From the NCBI RefSeq assembly GCF_021869535.1, contig NW_026262659.1, positions 2,418,001-2,482,000 on the forward strand: 64,000 nucleotides of DNA, in the 5' to 3' direction. Made by a program: the position numbers and the translations under genes. The stretch is from Mytilus californianus (taxonomy: Eukaryota). Below the pieces are notes generated by a model. The model did not search any database, was not told the origin of the DNA, and was given only the letters and a program-made list of their open reading frames with translations. Position 1 is the first letter of the stretch, and each line of letters opens with the position of its first letter. Positions 62,065 through 64,000 of the stretch are shown piece by piece.

Positions 62065-63233
62065 ATGCTGATGTTTATTGATTCCATATGGTTGATTTTT
62101 AATCAGGTATTTAAGAAACATTTTAACTAATGTGAAAATAGAGGAAAAATAAAATTCTACTTTCGTTTTGTTTAAACTCTTTATTTTTTGGATTTCAATT
62201 TGCTGATGATTTGTCAAACATATAACACAGACATTGAAGGAAAAGTGTATTCATGTCACAGTCTACAATTTATCATAACAAACATGCATACATTTCATTT
62301 AATTCCAATAAGTAAACACATTGTAAATCAGTGTTTAAAATGATAAGGTCACTTAGGTCAAAATAATGAGGTATTCGTTTTTTTTGTTATTTTTAATTTT
62401 GGTAATGCTTATTATGAATTACCATCCACATTCTTCACAGCATGCAGCCTTGAACAATATACAGGGGTCAAGCAATCATCCTGAGTATTTGAATGCTGTA
62501 TAACGATAAAAGATCTGCCCCCAAAACCAATTCTCCAAATAACAAAAACATTATTAAGATATGGCATACAACAATTATGGACAAGGTTCCTAACTTGGAA
62601 CAGGTACATGAAAATGTAAATTTGTTAATGTGTTTTTTCCAGTCTCAACCCTTCCCTTTTTCAAAATTATAAGCACACTCACACTTCCCAAAAATACGAG
62701 AGTGAGTTATGGTTATAGTTATAACCATCATCAGAAGCCATCCCCATTAAGAAAAGGAAAACAAACTATAGGAAAGGAAAAAAAAAAACTCTCCTCTTAT
62801 ATTTTTTTGTATGGATATCACCATGTTAAATTCTAATACCAAGGTCTAAACGAGACATCAGGTCAGCTTTAATGTTTGATTTAGTAGTAATGAGTTCAGG
62901 TGGATAAATTGCATTTGTATTTAAAAAATGGTCGTATAATTAATTCACATGTAATTGAAACACGGAAATTCGGAAACTTAAGGACGAATATCTATCAGAT
63001 CTGTTCACAAATTGTACAAATCATATAACTTTGTATTGTATAATTTCAGATATTGGTATTCAGTAGTCTGGTGTATTTATATGACATAAAATGTCCAGAC
63101 TTTTCAGAGAGAAACTTAAGAGCTAAAGGTTTCTGTAGCAAACATACACCTGACCGATATGCTTGTTTGTATGATGTCAATGCATTTATACGTGTTGAAT
63201 CCTGTGATCGTATCGCAGATTATTCTTCTCGAG
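62065..63233 (+). CDS. 5' part of a Cys-rich secreted or membrane protein of a mollusc-expanded family; join(62065-62106,63050-63233), continues beyond what I can trace
   Basis: MLMFIDSIWLIFNQ|ILVFSSLVYLYDIKCPDFSERNLRAKGFCSKHTPDRYACLYDVNAFIRVESCDRIADYSSRG|: phase-0 GT-AG junction giving a signal-peptide-like start. The second exon is well supported, the first less so. Confidence 0.6.
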
Positions 63234-64000
63234 GTAAAACAAGTTAATTAGCATGCAGCTTTAAGTAACCAATGAGGTCAAAATTCTGTAAAACACTAGT
63301 TAAGGTAAAGCAATATTATCATGATCCCTTAACGGCTTTGTGGTATTTGAATAAAATATTTTTTTCGGTATCGTATTGAAATTTAATGACAAATAAAAGA
63401 AAACGCATTCCTATGATTTAAAAAAAAAGTTATTTCCAATTTCTTGTATAATTCGTGGACTCCCTGACAGGTAATGATTGAAGGCAGTTGTAGATCAATA
63501 TTTCGAAAACGGGGGACCACAAAACCAACGAAATGAGTGGGTCTTGTAAAAGTATTAACCACCGTATATGTAGCTGATTAGGGGAAGGCCAAAAACCCCA
63601 TCTGAGAGAGATGAGATTTCCGTGTTATTGTTATTTGAGAAATCTTTCCTCTGTTAAACTGAAATTTATGATTATGACTATGTCAACTGCAGTGTTGAAC
63701 ACTTCGACTCACATCACGTCGTACTTCAAATTAAAAGTGACCGGTAGACACGTATACACAATTTGGAAGTGCAAATCACCAATGGAAATAATTTACACTA
63801 GTATAAGGTTTTGTATTGTCTTAGTTTTATTCCATATTTGAAAATATGTCGATCTTATATAAATAAATGTATTTCTTATGCCTTCACGTATTTAACAATG
63901 TTTCCAAATAATTTTAGGCGAAAAATACGTGATATCTGGTGCGCGTACTACCAAGCCGTGTTCTGTGGATACGTACCAACCTTTTGCACTGTGGGCTAAC

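Noticed and set aside
62422-62494. Minus-strand AG..GT-bounded segment (HSNTQDDCLTPVYC..) as an extra receptor exon
   Set aside because: It lies upstream of a complete signal-peptide exon and inside the opposite gene's intron; nothing requires it.

Overview
AT-rich animal genomic DNA with spliceosomal introns. The repeat families and lineage-specific gene families suggest a bivalve, probably a Mytilus mussel (inference, no database search). I rebuilt five host loci by hand from GT-AG boundaries and phase continuity: (1) iduronate 2-sulfatase IDS on the minus strand, with 7 coding exons found and the signal-peptide exon not firmly located; (2) POLR1D/RPAC2 on the plus strand, complete in 5 exons and head-to-head with IDS; (3) a B-box/coiled-coil/NHL-like TRIM-related reading frame broken by one TGA; (4) a complete 288-aa single-pass EGF-like receptor with a tyrosine-motif-rich tail; (5) the first exons of a divergent Cys-rich secreted or membrane protein. 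The rest is dense with mobile DNA: Penelope-like elements, hammerhead-ribozyme modules, a decayed LINE, Kolobok/hAT/CACTA-type non-autonomous elements, a Helentron-type element and SINE-like repeats. Two observations stand out. First, a 7.6-kb LTR element whose reconstructed single polyprotein runs HhH, Q/H/P-rich region, capsid, zinc knuckle, protease, then an orphan domain with a ubiquitin-like tail in frame where RT/RNaseH/integrase should be. Second, a 20-copy 49-bp array made of the 3' end of IDS exon 4 plus its splice donor.
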